Shown one piece after another: positions 31,142 to 32,000 of a stretch of 32,000 bases of DNA. This stretch comes from Deinococcus radiodurans R1 = ATCC 13939 = DSM 20539. GTDB lineage: Bacteria > Deinococcota > Deinococci > Deinococcales > Deinococcaceae. Each line of letters starts with the position of its first letter. Position 1 is the stretch's first letter. The stretch spans positions 157,418 to 189,417 of the forward strand of contig NC_001264.1 in assembly GCF_000008565.1 (NCBI RefSeq). Reading direction: 5' to 3'. Under the pieces are notes generated by a model, which saw only the letters and a list, made by a program, of their open reading frames with translations, was not told where the DNA came from and did not search any database. The position numbers and the translations under genes were made by a program.

Positions 31142-32000
31142 TTAGTGTTGCAGCCAGAGATACCGGGCGAGCAGCAGCAGGCCCAAGCCATACAGCAGCG
31201 GGCTGACTTCGCGGCCACGACCTCCGATGAGTTTGATCAGGCAGTAGGAGATGACACCGAGGCTCACGCCGTTGGCGATGGAGAAGGTCAGCGGCATCAT
31301 GATGATGGTCAGGAAGGCAGGCAGGCTCTCGGTCAGGTCGTCCCAGTCGATCTGCTTGATGCCTTCCATCATCAGGGCGCCCACCAGAATCAGCGCGGGC
31401 GCGGTGGCGGCGGCGGGAATGGCGGCGGCGAGCGGCCACAGCAGCATGGCGAAGAGGAACAGCACGCCCACCGTCACGGCGGTCAGGCCGGTGCGCCCCC
31501 CTTCCCCGATGCCGCTCGCGGACTCGACATAGGCGGTGGTGGTGCTCGTGCCCATGAAGGCGCCGAACATAGCGGCGAGGCCGTCCATCGCAAAGAGGCG
31601 CCGGGCGCGCGGCATGTTGCCGTGCTCGTCGAGGAAACCCGCCTTTTGGGAGAGGCCGGTCAGAGTGCCGGTGGCGTCGAAAAAGTCCACGAAGAAGAAG
31701 GTGAAGACCACGTTCAGCAGGCCCAGGCCCAGCGCCCCGCCGATGTCGAGCTGGCCGACGAGGTCCACCGGCCACACCGGCGCCCCGAAGATGCCGAGCA
31801 GCGAGCCCTGAAAGCCGGGAAACGCTTGCAGCGCACCTTCGGCGCCCCCGGCGAACACCGGCAGGCGCAGCACAATAGCGGCGGCGGAGGTCAGCAGGAT
31901 GCCCCAGAGAATCGCGCCCGTGACCCGCCGCACCATCAGCCCCGCCGTGACGACGAGTCCGAGCAGCGCGAGCCACGCCCCAGGCGCGGTGAGGCTGCCG
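31142..32000 (-). CDS. NCS2/AzgA-type adenine-guanine-hypoxanthine permease (5' end beyond window)
   Basis: The frame stays open upstream of the listed Met to the window edge (my translation ...GSLTAPGAWLALLGLVVTAGLMVRRVTGAILWG...). The C-terminal half (FDATGTL, TTTAYVESASGIGEGGRTGLT, PALILVG) is typical of PurP/PbuG/AzgA permeases. The stop is TAA at 31144-31142. Confidence 0.85.
   Translation of the reverse strand, partial: GSLTAPGAWLALLGLVVTAGLMVRRVTGAILWGILLTSAAAIVLRLPVFAGGAEGALQAFPGFQGSLLGIFGAPVWPVDLVGQLDIGGALGLGLLNVVFTFFFVDFFDATGTLTGLSQKAGFLDEHGNMPRARRLFAMDGLAAMFGAFMGTSTTTAYVESASGIGEGGRTGLTAVTVGVLFLFAMLLWPLAAAIPAAATAPALILVGALMMEGIKQIDWDDLTESLPAFLTIIMMPLTFSIANGVSLGVISYCLIKLIGGRGREVSPLLYGLGLLLLARYLWLQH

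Overview
High-GC, Deinococcus-like chromosomal window. Gene order and protein sequences look to me like Deinococcus radiodurans chromosome II, but I cannot verify that without a search. About 27 genes are supportable. In order they are: a partial csoR-like repressor (-); pstS-pstC-pstA-pstB-phoU (+); a split YeeE/YedE membrane pair plus a zinc-finger thioredoxin (+); and an uncharacterised three-gene operon (+), described below. These are followed by modB-modA without modC (-); a Tat-exported intradiol-dioxygenase-like protein (+); a TPP-riboswitch-controlled thiC-thiE-thiS-thiG-thiD operon (-) interrupted by small non-coding repeats; and a purine cluster of NCS2 permease-xdhA-xdhB-xdhC-guanine deaminase (+). 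The window ends with a lower-GC wedge carrying a membrane GGDEF cyclase and a degenerate integrase-like gene (+), then a partial AzgA-type purine permease (-). The most interesting locus is 6978-12994. Its first gene encodes a 134-aa protein whose ends resemble ubiquitin and which stops right after a Gly-Gly. It is translationally coupled to a 1626-aa helical-repeat giant whose C-terminal part looks like the DUF4132/MolR-YehI family. A DUF99 (EndoV-fold) protein follows. The operon sits behind a near-consensus promoter overlapped by a perfect 7-7-7 palindrome that fits my recollection of the Deinococcus radiation/desiccation response motif. No rRNA, tRNA, CRISPR array or intact IS element was seen. 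The many long antisense or alternative-frame ORFs in the supplied track are high-GC shadow ORFs.
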